The notes under the pieces were generated by a model. It was not told where the DNA came from and made no database searches. It was given only the letters and a program-made list of their open reading frames with translations. Below are positions 56,417 to 64,000 of a stretch of 64,000 nt of DNA, one piece after another. Each line of letters opens with the position of its first letter. Position 1 is the stretch's first letter. Source of the stretch: Gemmatimonadales bacterium (GTDB lineage: Bacteria; Gemmatimonadota; Gemmatimonadetes; Gemmatimonadales; GWC2-71-9); the NCBI GenBank assembly GCA_965249575.1, contig OZ252244.1, forward strand, positions 142,612-206,611. Direction: 5' to 3'. The translations under genes and the position numbers were made by a program.

Positions 56417-57294
56417 GGAGAGCCCCCCCCCTGGAAGATCCCGCGCAGCGTCTCCACGGCTCCAATTGACCGAAACGACGGCCATCCGAACTCGGTGCCG
56501 GAGACGGCGATGAACTCACGATTGTTGACGGCGTCGACCGCTTGCCACTCGGGCCTGTCGGCGAGCTCGGGAACCGCCGAACGACCGATCACGATGATGC
56601 GGTCCGGATTCCGGGATGCGATCGTCTCGATACTCACGGTCGCGGATGGACTGTCGACATCGTCGAAGACGTTCCGACCACCGGCCAGCCGGATGAGCTC
56701 GGTGAGGAAACTGCCCGCCCCGATAATGATGGGCGGGCTCTCCCATGCGACGACGGCAGCCCTGGTTGGCGATTGCCGCCGAACCGCTCGCTCCGTCGAG
56801 TCCAGCCATGCCTCGAAATGAAGAGCGAGCGAATCGGCGTGTTCGCCACGCCCGGCTACCTCCCCGAGTATCCGTGCCGCCCTCGGCACGTCGCTCAGGG
56901 CATCGAAGCGTACGTTGAGGGCCGGTATGCCCATCCGACTGAACTGTTCGATTACGGTCGCGTTGGAATTCGAGGCGTACATCACGACGAGGTCGGGTTC
57001 GCGGGCGGCCACGATCTCGACGTTTGGGAACAACCCATCCCCGACGCTCGGAATGGCTTCCGCTTCGGGCGGGTACTCGCACCACCGGGTCCGACCCGCC
57101 AGCCGGTGGCCCGCGCCAATGGCAAACAGTAGCTCGGTAACGGCGGGGGCGAGCGACACGATGCGCCTGGCCGGCGCGTCGAGACTCACGCGGTGCCCCA
57201 AATCGTCGACGAGGACCGTCCGGCCCTGACTGTCGGAGGACCGGCATGCGATGACGGCGGCTGCTCCGCACAAGAACACCCAGAAACGCGACAC
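56413..57294 (-). CDS. btuF: Periplasmic substrate-binding lipoprotein of the BtuF/FhuD (cluster A) type
   Basis: GTG 57294 lies 5 nt after AGGAG. Lipobox VIAC. RIVSLAPAVTELLFAIG and PDLVVMY are typical of cobalamin/siderophore binding proteins. The track start at 57387 would run into the riboswitch. Confidence 0.8.
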   Translation of the reverse strand: MSRFWVFLCGAAAVIACRSSDSQGRTVLVDDLGHRVSLDAPARRIVSLAPAVTELLFAIGAGHRLAGRTRWCEYPPEAEAIPSVGDGLFPNVEIVAAREPDLVVMYASNSNATVIEQFSRMGIPALNVRFDALSDVPRAARILGEVAGRGEHADSLALHFEAWLDSTERAVRRQSPTRAAVVAWESPPIIIGAGSFLTELIRLAGGRNVFDDVDSPSATVSIETIASRNPDRIIVIGRSAVPELADRPEWQAVDAVNNREFIAVSGTEFGWPSFRSIGAVETLRGIFQGGGSP

Positions 57295-57385
57295 GCTCAC
57301 TCCTGGCACCTGGCGGCGAGGTTGTGAGCGCGACTGAACGGGTGTTCGCGTCTCCACCACCCTCCCGCGAGGGTTTGCTGGTGGC

Positions 57386-57524
57386 ACGAACGGGAACGTC
57401 TCCTGGCTCCGGGCGGTCGGCTCGCCTTCCCGGTCTCCCAGTGGCGCCGTAAGCCGACTCGAACTGCCCGTTACAGTGGCGGGGCCGCGCCGGGTTCACA
57501 CCGGCTTCCGTGCTCCGCGTTCGT
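57386..57524 (-). promoter_or_regulatory. Cobalamin (B12) riboswitch
   Basis: The minus strand reads ACGAACG-CGGAGCAC-GGAAGCCGGTGTGAACCCGGCGCGGCCCCGCCACTGTAACGGG...GAGCCAGGAGACGTTCC-CGTTCGT. It has the conserved GCCGGTG..AA.CCGG..C.G.CCCGCCACTGT core and a B12-box-like AGCCAGGAGAC. The P1 stem is ACGAACG/CGTTCGT. It lies directly upstream of btuF. Confidence 0.85.
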
Positions 57525-57552
57525 CAACACTTCAATTGTGTACGTTGGGAAC

Positions 57553-58680
57553 TTAGAGTGCGCGATTCCGAGACGCAATGGCCTCGGCGAGGCGTCGTTT
57601 CAGTTCGGCGCGCTGCGAGCGGTAGGAGTCGTGGTCGCGCCCCTCATGTGCTACGTCGAGCGCAGCGATCCGAGCCGCCAGCGTCTCGGCATCGCCGAAC
57701 GCCGGGACCGGCCGCTGGGATCGGCGCCACCAAACCGCGAGGCTCCACGCGAGTCCGAATCCAAACAGGACCACCACGACCCACCAGAAATTTCGCGCGC
57801 CCCACGATCGGACGCCAAACCGCACGACCACGGGGGCGCCCGCCGGAACCGCGAATCCCTCAAACCGCCGAAAGCTGAGATCTTCGAAACGTTCTGCGCC
57901 GAGCTCCTGTACCGATCCACCCACCACGGTGCCGCTCGCGTCTTCGATCATGATGTTCAGCCGGCCGACGGATGGATCGATTGGGATGATGAGTTCGCGC
58001 CGATCCGCGGGGATCAAGTAGGTCAGGAGGATCTGTTTCTCACCGGGAGGCAGCGGCGCGAGCACCGCCACCGAGTCGCCCCGCCTCATGACGGTTTCGG
58101 CGCTGACGTCACTCTCACCCGGTTGCAGCTGGACCGCCGCGTCGGGAATCGCGCCCAGCCACACTGGGGTGGTGTCCCCGGATGCGATCCGGGTGAGCGA
58201 GCCCTTGTTCGACAACACCAGGAGCTCGAGCACCTGGCGAGCGCCAGTTTCCTCGTCGGTACGAAAGACCAAATGACGCTGCTCGAGTGAGATGGACGGC
58301 GAGGAGCTAGACGTATCGTAGACGACGAGCGTGCCAACCGCTTCATCCACGCTACTGCTCGCGCGCATCGGAGGCGTCAGATAGGCGATGCCGTGGTGAC
58401 TCGCGCTGACGAAGAACACGCTGGCCGTATCCGGCGACAACGCCCTCAGCCGGTACCGTCCGGCGCCATCGGTCGTCGCAGAATCGACCGGCGTTCCGCC
58501 TCCCAAAGAGACCTGATGCAGCACCGCCTCGACCCGCGAGAGCGGAAGCGTGTCCGTACCCCGCACCTCGACGACTCGCCCGGTGAACGAGAGCCCCTGC
58601 GCGGTGGCGGTAGCTCCCGTCCCCGCGGTGAGGGCTACGAGCAGCGCGAGGCTACGGCGTGAACTTGCCGAAATCTTCAG
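57553..58680 (-). CDS. Hypothetical exported protein with carboxypeptidase-regulatory-like N-terminal domain and C-terminal TM helix (start codon unresolved)
   Basis: Tat/Sec-like signal SSRRSLALLVALTAGTGATATAQG, then GRVVEVRGTDTLPLSRVEAVL...TDGAGRYRL (CarboxypepD_reg-like). TM FWWVVVVLFGFGLAWSLAVWW near the C-terminus. There is no ATG/GTG/TTG between 58848 and 58566 in this frame. Confidence 0.55.
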   Translation of the reverse strand: MKISASSRRSLALLVALTAGTGATATAQGLSFTGRVVEVRGTDTLPLSRVEAVLHQVSLGGGTPVDSATTDGAGRYRLRALSPDTASVFFVSASHHGIAYLTPPMRASSSVDEAVGTLVVYDTSSSSPSISLEQRHLVFRTDEETGARQVLELLVLSNKGSLTRIASGDTTPVWLGAIPDAAVQLQPGESDVSAETVMRRGDSVAVLAPLPPGEKQILLTYLIPADRRELIIPIDPSVGRLNIMIEDASGTVVGGSVQELGAERFEDLSFRRFEGFAVPAGAPVVVRFGVRSWGARNFWWVVVVLFGFGLAWSLAVWWRRSQRPVPAFGDAETLAARIAALDVAHEGRDHDSYRSQRAELKRRLAEAIASRNRAL

Positions 58681-59146
58681 GATCGAGGTTTTGCAGGTAG
58701 TTCTTGAGAGAATCTTCGTCGGGGGGTCCCGAGCCGCTGCTCGGATCGACCGTATCGACCGACGTGATCTCCAGCAGGTCGTCCTGCGCGAAGATCGGCG
58801 CCTTGAGCCGGAGTGCGACCGCGATACTGTCCGAAGGACGAGCGTCAACCTGGAAGACATGATCTTCCCGGTGAATGTGCAGCTCCGCGAAGTAGGTGCT
58901 GTCCTTGACCTGGGTAATCAGGACTTGCCGCAGCTCGCCGCCGAGCCCGACGATGATTTGCTTGACCAGGTCGTGCGTGAGTGGGCGAGTGAACTGCACT
59001 CCGGCGAGCTCCATGGCAATCGCGCTTGCTTCGGCCGGCCCGATCCAAATCGGCAGGACGCGCTCGCCGTCCTTCTCCTGCAAGATCACCACCGGGGTGT
59101 TGGTGTTACGGTCGAGCCCGAGGTGGGCCACCTTCACTTCGATCAC
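58652..59146 (-). CDS. Bifunctional nuclease (BFN/DUF151) family protein
   Basis: 164 aa. NTPVVILQEKDGERVLPIWIGPAEASAIAMELAG...RPLTHDL is the DUF151 core pattern. Confidence 0.8.
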   Translation of the reverse strand: MIEVKVAHLGLDRNTNTPVVILQEKDGERVLPIWIGPAEASAIAMELAGVQFTRPLTHDLVKQIIVGLGGELRQVLITQVKDSTYFAELHIHREDHVFQVDARPSDSIAVALRLKAPIFAQDDLLEITSVDTVDPSSGSGPPDEDSLKNYLQNLDPEDFGKFTP

Positions 59147-59230
59147 GCGGCAAGTCCTACCACCGGCGGTGAGGGCCTGTCGGGCTCAGCAACCTGCCGG
59201 GCTCGTGGGGTTTCGGAGGTTTGGCGAACG

Positions 59231-60418
59231 TCAGGCGGCCCGACGGGCAGCATCGGTGAGATCTGCAACGAGGGACGGCTCCTCCCACGTGAAGCGTCGG
59301 ACCTGAATATCGTGCTCGTACGTCGTCTCGGGCGTCCGGCCGAAGTGACCGTAGGCCGCCGTTTCCCGGTAGATCGGCTTGCGGAGATCGAGAGCTCGAA
59401 TGATACCAGCGGGCGTCAGGTCGAAGATATCGCGCACGGCCCGCTCCAGCGCCGGCTCCGGCAGCGAGCCGGTCCCGAATGTATCGACCATCACCGATAC
59501 GGGCTCAGCGACCCCAATCGCGTACGCAAGCTGTACCTCGCACCGGTGAGCGAGTTTCGCCGCAACGATGCTCTTCGCCACCCAGCGCGCGGCGTAGCAC
59601 GCGGAGCGGTCGACCTTCGAGGGATCCTTCCCGCTGAATGCGCCCCCGCCGTGCCGCCCCGCACCACCGTAGGTGTCGACGATGATCTTCCGACCCGTGA
59701 GGCCGGCGTCACCCTGCGGACCACCTACCACGAAACGTCCGGTCGGGTTGATGAGCAGGCGCACGTCTCCAGTCTCCAGAGTGGTCTCGCGTAGCACCGG
59801 ATTGATCACGAGCTCCGTTAACCCTTCGGCCAGCTCGGCCGTGGCGACGGACGGCGCGTGCTGGGTCGACAACACGACGGCGCGCACCGCCACCGGCTTG
59901 TTGTCGACGTATTCGATCGTGACCTGGCTCTTTCCATCGGGACGGAGCCATTTCAAGTCTCCACACTTGCGTGTTTTGGCGAGCCGTTGGGTCAGGCGGT
60001 GGGCGATCATGATCGGGTACGGCATCAACTCGGGAGTTTCGTCGGTTGCGTAGCCGAACATCATGCCCTGATCCCCGGCTCCGCCAGTGTCCACACCCAT
60101 CGCAATGTCCGGAGACTGGGTATCGATCGACGTTAGCACCGCACATGTGTGTGCATCGAACCCGCATGCCGCGTCCGTATAGCCAATGCGCTCGACGGTC
60201 TGCCGCACGATGTCCGGGACGTGAACGTACGATTCGGTCGTGATCTCGCCCGCCACCACCGCCATGCCCGTCGTCACCAACGTCTCGCACGCGACCCGGG
60301 CGACGGGATCCTTCGCAACGATCGCATCGAGGACTGCATCGGAAATCTGATCGGCGATCTTGTCCGGATGCCCTTCGGTAACCGATTCTGACGAGAAAAT
60401 ATGACGATGGGAGGCCAT
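59231..60418 (-). CDS. metK: S-adenosylmethionine synthetase
   Basis: ATG 60418. [37 protein letters not shown] and [16 protein letters not shown] motifs. Confidence 0.97.
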   Translation of the reverse strand: MASHRHIFSSESVTEGHPDKIADQISDAVLDAIVAKDPVARVACETLVTTGMAVVAGEITTESYVHVPDIVRQTVERIGYTDAACGFDAHTCAVLTSIDTQSPDIAMGVDTGGAGDQGMMFGYATDETPELMPYPIMIAHRLTQRLAKTRKCGDLKWLRPDGKSQVTIEYVDNKPVAVRAVVLSTQHAPSVATAELAEGLTELVINPVLRETTLETGDVRLLINPTGRFVVGGPQGDAGLTGRKIIVDTYGGAGRHGGGAFSGKDPSKVDRSACYAARWVAKSIVAAKLAHRCEVQLAYAIGVAEPVSVMVDTFGTGSLPEPALERAVRDIFDLTPAGIIRALDLRKPIYRETAAYGHFGRTPETTYEHDIQVRRFTWEEPSLVADLTDAARRAA

Positions 60419-60470
60419 GGGACTCGCTAAGTGGAGCCGACGTGAACGCGCGCGCGCGATCGTCCGGGTA

Positions 60471-62276
60471 TTACGCCTTGAAGCTAGTGACCCGCCGACT
60501 TCGGGGCAACCGGCCGGCCTCGAGCCAGCGGAGGTCCACGCACTCGGCAATGCCCTCCTGGAGGATTCGATTCACCTCCCCGGTGGTCCCGACCGCGAGT
60601 GCATCGGCGGCCGCGCGCGTGGCGGCGTCGATGTCGATCTGGCGCAGCACCCAACGGATGAGCGGGAGCGCGGGAGGCGACACACTGAGCACGCGATACC
60701 CCAGCCCCAGCAGCAGGAACGCCGCGATGGGCTCCGACGCCATCTCGCCGCACACACTGGCCGACATGCCGGCGGCAGCGGTCGCATCGGATATTTCCTT
60801 CAGCACGCGCACCACCGCCGGGTGGAACGCGGTGAACCGGTCGGCCAGCCGTACATTGCCTCGATCGACTACCAGCATGTACTGCGTCAAATCATTGCTG
60901 CCAACGCTCACGAAGTCGCTTCGCGTGAGGAGCTGATCGGCGATGATCGCCGCAGCAGGCGTTTCGATCATCACGCCCACCGGCACGCTACCGGCCGCTT
61001 CCTTGCCCTCGCTCGCCAGCTCGGCCGCGCACTGCTCGACGAGCTCCCGTGTGCGCTCGACCTCCTCGACGGACGTGACCAAGGGGAGCATGAGCTTGAC
61101 ATCGCCAGCGACGCGAGCCTGAAGTACCGCCCGAATCTGCGTGCGAAACACCTCCGGCTCATCGAGGCATACGCGAATCGCGCGCCAGCCCAGGAACGGA
61201 TTCGGTTCCGACGGCGGGCGGAATGGAGCCGGAAACTTGTCCCCGCCCAGATCGTAGCTGCGGATGATGACCGGGTGGTCCTCGAAGCGACCCGCGACCC
61301 GCTTGAAATAGGTGGTCTGTTCTTCCTCACTGGGCAGCTCGGTGCGCCCGACGAGGAGGAATTCCGTGCGTAGCAGTCCCACGCCTTCGGCCGCGTGCAG
61401 GACCGCCTGCTCCAGTTCTTCCGGCACGTCGACGTTTCCCTGGAGCGACACTCTCTCGCCGTCAACGGTGACCGCGGGGCGGCCGAGATTCTTGTTTAGC
61501 TCGCGCACGAGCGCACGCCGGCGGCGGTCCTGCACCTTCGCTTCTTTCACGTCCGCTTTCGTGGGATCGAGACGCACGGTACCGTGCGTTCCGTCGACGA
61601 TGATCTCGACGCCCGCACGGATCTGCTGGAGCCCACCACCCAACCCCATGACGCATGGGATTCCAAGACTGTGGGCCAGGATGGCCGCGTGAGACGTCCG
61701 GGTACCGGCTTCGCTGACGAAGCCGGCCACGAGATCCGGCTCGAACTGAACGGTCAGTCCGGGAGTGAGCTCGCGCGTGAACACGATGGCAGGTCGGCCG
61801 GCGGCGGTTTCGAAGCCCTCGACCAGCGGCTCGCCCACCAGCTCGTGCAGCACCCGTACCTGGACTCCAAACAGGTCGGCGCGGCGCTCCCTGAGCAGCG
61901 AACTCGACGACTGGGACCACAGCGCCCGAAGCTCGAGTGCTTTGAACTCGAAAGCCTGCGCCGCCGAGAGTTGGTTTGCGCGGATCAGGCGCTCGACGCC
62001 ACCGAGGAAGTCGACGTCCTCGAGCATCAGGATCTGAGCGTCGAAGATCTTCGATTCGGCGGGGCCGACGCGGTCGACCGCTCGGGCGCGGAGCTCTTCC
62101 AGGCCGGTCCGCACCGATTCGACAGCCGATCGCAGCCGAACGATTTCGCCTTCGACATCCTCCGGCGCGACCGCGCTCGCCGGGACGTTGGGGAGGGCCC
62201 AGTGGAGCACGAGCGCCGGACCGATCGCTATGCCCGGAGACACTCCGATCCCCGTCAGGACCCGGCTGTCAGGCAT
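60471..62276 (-). CDS. ptsI: Phosphoenolpyruvate-protein phosphotransferase (PTS Enzyme I)
   Basis: 601 aa with the active-site His region [17 protein letters not shown] and the PEP-utilising C-terminal barrel (GSNDLTQY). 8-nt overlap with ptsH. Confidence 0.95.
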   Translation of the reverse strand: MPDSRVLTGIGVSPGIAIGPALVLHWALPNVPASAVAPEDVEGEIVRLRSAVESVRTGLEELRARAVDRVGPAESKIFDAQILMLEDVDFLGGVERLIRANQLSAAQAFEFKALELRALWSQSSSSLLRERRADLFGVQVRVLHELVGEPLVEGFETAAGRPAIVFTRELTPGLTVQFEPDLVAGFVSEAGTRTSHAAILAHSLGIPCVMGLGGGLQQIRAGVEIIVDGTHGTVRLDPTKADVKEAKVQDRRRRALVRELNKNLGRPAVTVDGERVSLQGNVDVPEELEQAVLHAAEGVGLLRTEFLLVGRTELPSEEEQTTYFKRVAGRFEDHPVIIRSYDLGGDKFPAPFRPPSEPNPFLGWRAIRVCLDEPEVFRTQIRAVLQARVAGDVKLMLPLVTSVEEVERTRELVEQCAAELASEGKEAAGSVPVGVMIETPAAAIIADQLLTRSDFVSVGSNDLTQYMLVVDRGNVRLADRFTAFHPAVVRVLKEISDATAAAGMSASVCGEMASEPIAAFLLLGLGYRVLSVSPPALPLIRWVLRQIDIDAATRAAADALAVGTTGEVNRILQEGIAECVDLRWLEAGRLPRSRRVTSFKA

Positions 62277-62559
62277 CCTTCGGGTCCTCCACGTCGCCGA
62301 AGCCGCTCATGACGAGCTCGGACAGCGCGAGAGCGGCCTTCTCTGCATCCTCGCCCTCGACCCGGAGCGTCAACTGGCTCCCGCACTCCGCGGCGAGCGT
62401 CATGACGCCCAGAATGCTCTTGCCGTTCACTTGCTGCTCATCCTTCGCAACGAGTACCTCCGATTCGAACGCCGCCGCAAGCTTCACGAACTCGGCCGCC
62501 GGCCGCGCGTGCAGTCCGAGCGGATTCACAATTTGGACCTTCCGCTCGATCAGGGCCAC
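62269..62559 (-). CDS. ptsH: Phosphocarrier protein HPr
   Basis: VNPLGLHARPAAEFV (active-site His) and GKSILGVMTLAA (regulatory Ser region). GTG 62559 or 62565 start. The long track ORF to 62832 is read-through of the IID gene in another frame. Confidence 0.85.
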   Translation of the reverse strand: MALIERKVQIVNPLGLHARPAAEFVKLAAAFESEVLVAKDEQQVNGKSILGVMTLAAECGSQLTLRVEGEDAEKAALALSELVMSGFGDVEDPKDA

Positions 62560-63287
62560 AACCACCCCGCAAGCAGGGCTACGCCAACGAGTGACAGCCC
62601 GAACCGGAGCGCGCCAAGCGTCGGCGCAATCCACCGGCCGATCGCGAAGCCGAGGAGCAGGATGAGCAGGACGCCCACCCGCGCCTCCGCGGCAAACTCG
62701 ACGGTCAGCCACGCGCCGACCAGGGGGAGCGCGAATCCGACAGCCAGTCCTGGAAGTGGCTTGGCCAGCTCGAGCGCTCGCTTTACCAGCGGGCCTCGAA
62801 GCACTTGCGCCGCCGTCGTTACACCGCGCCATCCAGACCGAAGGCCCCAGCTCCGCAGCGTGAGGTGGACCGCGTTATACAGGATCAGGAATACCACCGC
62901 TGCCACCGGCCACGGGGTTACGGTGACCAGTGCTAGGCCGATTCCCGATGCGACCGGGAGCGCGCCAGCCCACACCAGGCGGTCGCCAACCGAACCGAGT
63001 GGACCGGATAGTGCGAGTTTGAATCGCTCGATGTCAGCGGCGGGCACGCCGTCGTGCTCCGCACGGGCAACCGCCCCAATGGCGAACCCCGCCAGGTAGG
63101 GATGCGCGTTGAAAAAGCCGGCGGCGCGCTTCAACGCATCGTGGTACCTGTCCCCGGGAGAATCGTCGAGCGAGCGTAGCAGGGGTTCGATCACAAACGC
63201 GGCGCCGATGCCCTGCATGCGGTCGTAGTTCCACGACCCCTGAATGGAGAACAACCGGAACCATGCGTTCAGCATTCCCTTCGTCAC
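62550..63287 (-). CDS. PTS mannose/fructose/sorbose-family EIID component
   Basis: FRLFSIQGSWNYDRMQGIGAAFVIEP is the EIID N-terminal signature, with hydrophobic segments after it. GTG 63287 makes a GTGA overlap with the IIC stop. Confidence 0.85.
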   Translation of the reverse strand: MTKGMLNAWFRLFSIQGSWNYDRMQGIGAAFVIEPLLRSLDDSPGDRYHDALKRAAGFFNAHPYLAGFAIGAVARAEHDGVPAADIERFKLALSGPLGSVGDRLVWAGALPVASGIGLALVTVTPWPVAAVVFLILYNAVHLTLRSWGLRSGWRGVTTAAQVLRGPLVKRALELAKPLPGLAVGFALPLVGAWLTVEFAAEARVGVLLILLLGFAIGRWIAPTLGALRFGLSLVGVALLAGWLWP

Positions 63288-63949
63288 GTCAGCACCAACC
63301 ATCCGGTGCCGGCTAGGATCCCAATCCCGAACCATCGGAGGTCGAGACCTCGCCCGGCGAGCCGCAGCACACCGACCGTGCCCGCGGAGAGCGCCGCCCC
63401 GATAGTGACGGCCGTGAGGAGGACCGACCCCCGAAGACCGACCGGCGGCCACGCCCGCACCAACATGGCGAGCGACAACCCGAGGCCGGTGAGCAACGCG
63501 GCCCGACCGGCGTCCCACGTGATCCCGCGTAGATGCACTGCGGTCACCGCATTCGCCTGGCCTGCGTCGAGCCTTGCCTCAAAGCGGCGCACGTTGTCGG
63601 AATTGCGCCTCCTTACATATGCCAACGCGTGTTCTCCCGCGTAGGCAGTCACCAACCCGATCGCCACGGCAACGCCGTATCCCAGCACGCCAGGCGCCCC
63701 AGCCGCTGCCGCCGTTGCGGCCACGGTAGCGGGCCCGTAGTCGGGATACCGGGCCGCGCCGACCGGCAGGACGTCCAGGGCGAACAGCTCCAGGATGGCG
63801 CCAACGACCATGCCGGCCATGGGATCGCCAGCGATGCCCCCGGCAATCGTCCCGGCGACGAGTGGGCGGGCGATCATCATCTGAGGCATGCTCACCAGAT
63901 CGAGCCCGACGATCGTGCCCCAGGCCAGCAACCCGAGCATCGTGCCCAC
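63284..63949 (-). CDS. PTS mannose/fructose/sorbose-family EIIC component
   Basis: 221 aa. LLAWGTIVGLDLVSMPQMMIARPLVAGTIAG...LELFALDVLPVGAARYPD is the EIIC-Man pattern. GTG start. Confidence 0.85.
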   Translation of the reverse strand: MGTMLGLLAWGTIVGLDLVSMPQMMIARPLVAGTIAGGIAGDPMAGMVVGAILELFALDVLPVGAARYPDYGPATVAATAAAAGAPGVLGYGVAVAIGLVTAYAGEHALAYVRRRNSDNVRRFEARLDAGQANAVTAVHLRGITWDAGRAALLTGLGLSLAMLVRAWPPVGLRGSVLLTAVTIGAALSAGTVGVLRLAGRGLDLRWFGIGILAGTGWLVLT

Positions 63950-64000
63950 TATCCGCGACCCTCAGCCACGGACGCCGGCCCAGCGAGTGAGCGGGTCGCG
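63949..64000 (-). CDS. 3' end of an upstream gene (possibly another PTS component); only 16 codons are in the window
   Basis: The minus-strand frame ...ATRSLAGPASVAEGRG-TAG ends with TAGTG overlapping the IIC start. This is too short to identify. Confidence 0.3.
   Translation of the reverse strand, partial: ATRSLAGPASVAEGRG

Noticed and set aside
1-64000. CRISPR arrays, IS elements/transposases, integrases, prophage genes, known defence systems, selenoprotein genes with in-frame TGA
   Set aside because: I looked for regularly spaced repeats, DDE/tyrosine-recombinase-like ORFs near both tRNA genes, and same-frame ORF pairs split by one TGA. I found none. A manual scan cannot exclude short or degenerate elements.

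Overview
This is a GC-rich, gene-dense bacterial chromosomal segment. I support about 55 protein genes, two tRNA-Ser genes, one cobalamin riboswitch and a few terminators or repeats. The gene content hints at a Gemmatimonadota/Acidobacteriota-like organism: Hanks-type kinases with PEGA or TolB-like+TPR tails, a T9SS-type C-terminal domain protein, and FprA plus KorAB. That taxonomic guess is inference only.

Most of the window is housekeeping:
- rluB(partial)-scpB-scpA-S2P protease, and rpsT
- pyrR-pyrB-pyrC
- korAB, plus an FprA-like reductase
- tadA-clpB, and recO-selB
- a B12-riboswitch-controlled btuF-btuC-btuD-btuB operon
- metK
- ptsI-ptsH with mannose-family PTS IIC/IID

I found no CRISPR array, transposase, integrase, or recognisable phage-defence or biosynthetic gene cluster. 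I cannot honestly point to a clearly novel multi-gene system.

The observations most worth a second look are:
1. Six independent ORF-disrupting lesions, five of them in signalling genes. They comprise two frameshifts, an amber codon inside a lipoprotein signal peptide, a beta-propeller fused to the C-lobe of a Ser/Thr kinase, a kinase whose Gly-rich loop is cut off by TAG-TGA, and a deletion joining a histidine kinase to its response regulator. They are either real gene decay or assembly errors.
2. A 33-nt imperfect direct repeat (28/33 identical, with stop codons in all three frames). It brackets a 2.5-kb two-gene module (secreted PPP-type phosphatase plus AI-2E permease) that starts 2 nt after tRNA-Ser(GGA).
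3. A four-gene split phosphorelay (REC-TM, REC, Hpt, GAF/PAS histidine kinase) whose putative terminal receiver has a transmembrane anchor instead of an output domain.

Many long ORFs in the six-frame track are Arg/Pro/Gly-rich shadow ORFs antisense to real genes, and I rejected them.
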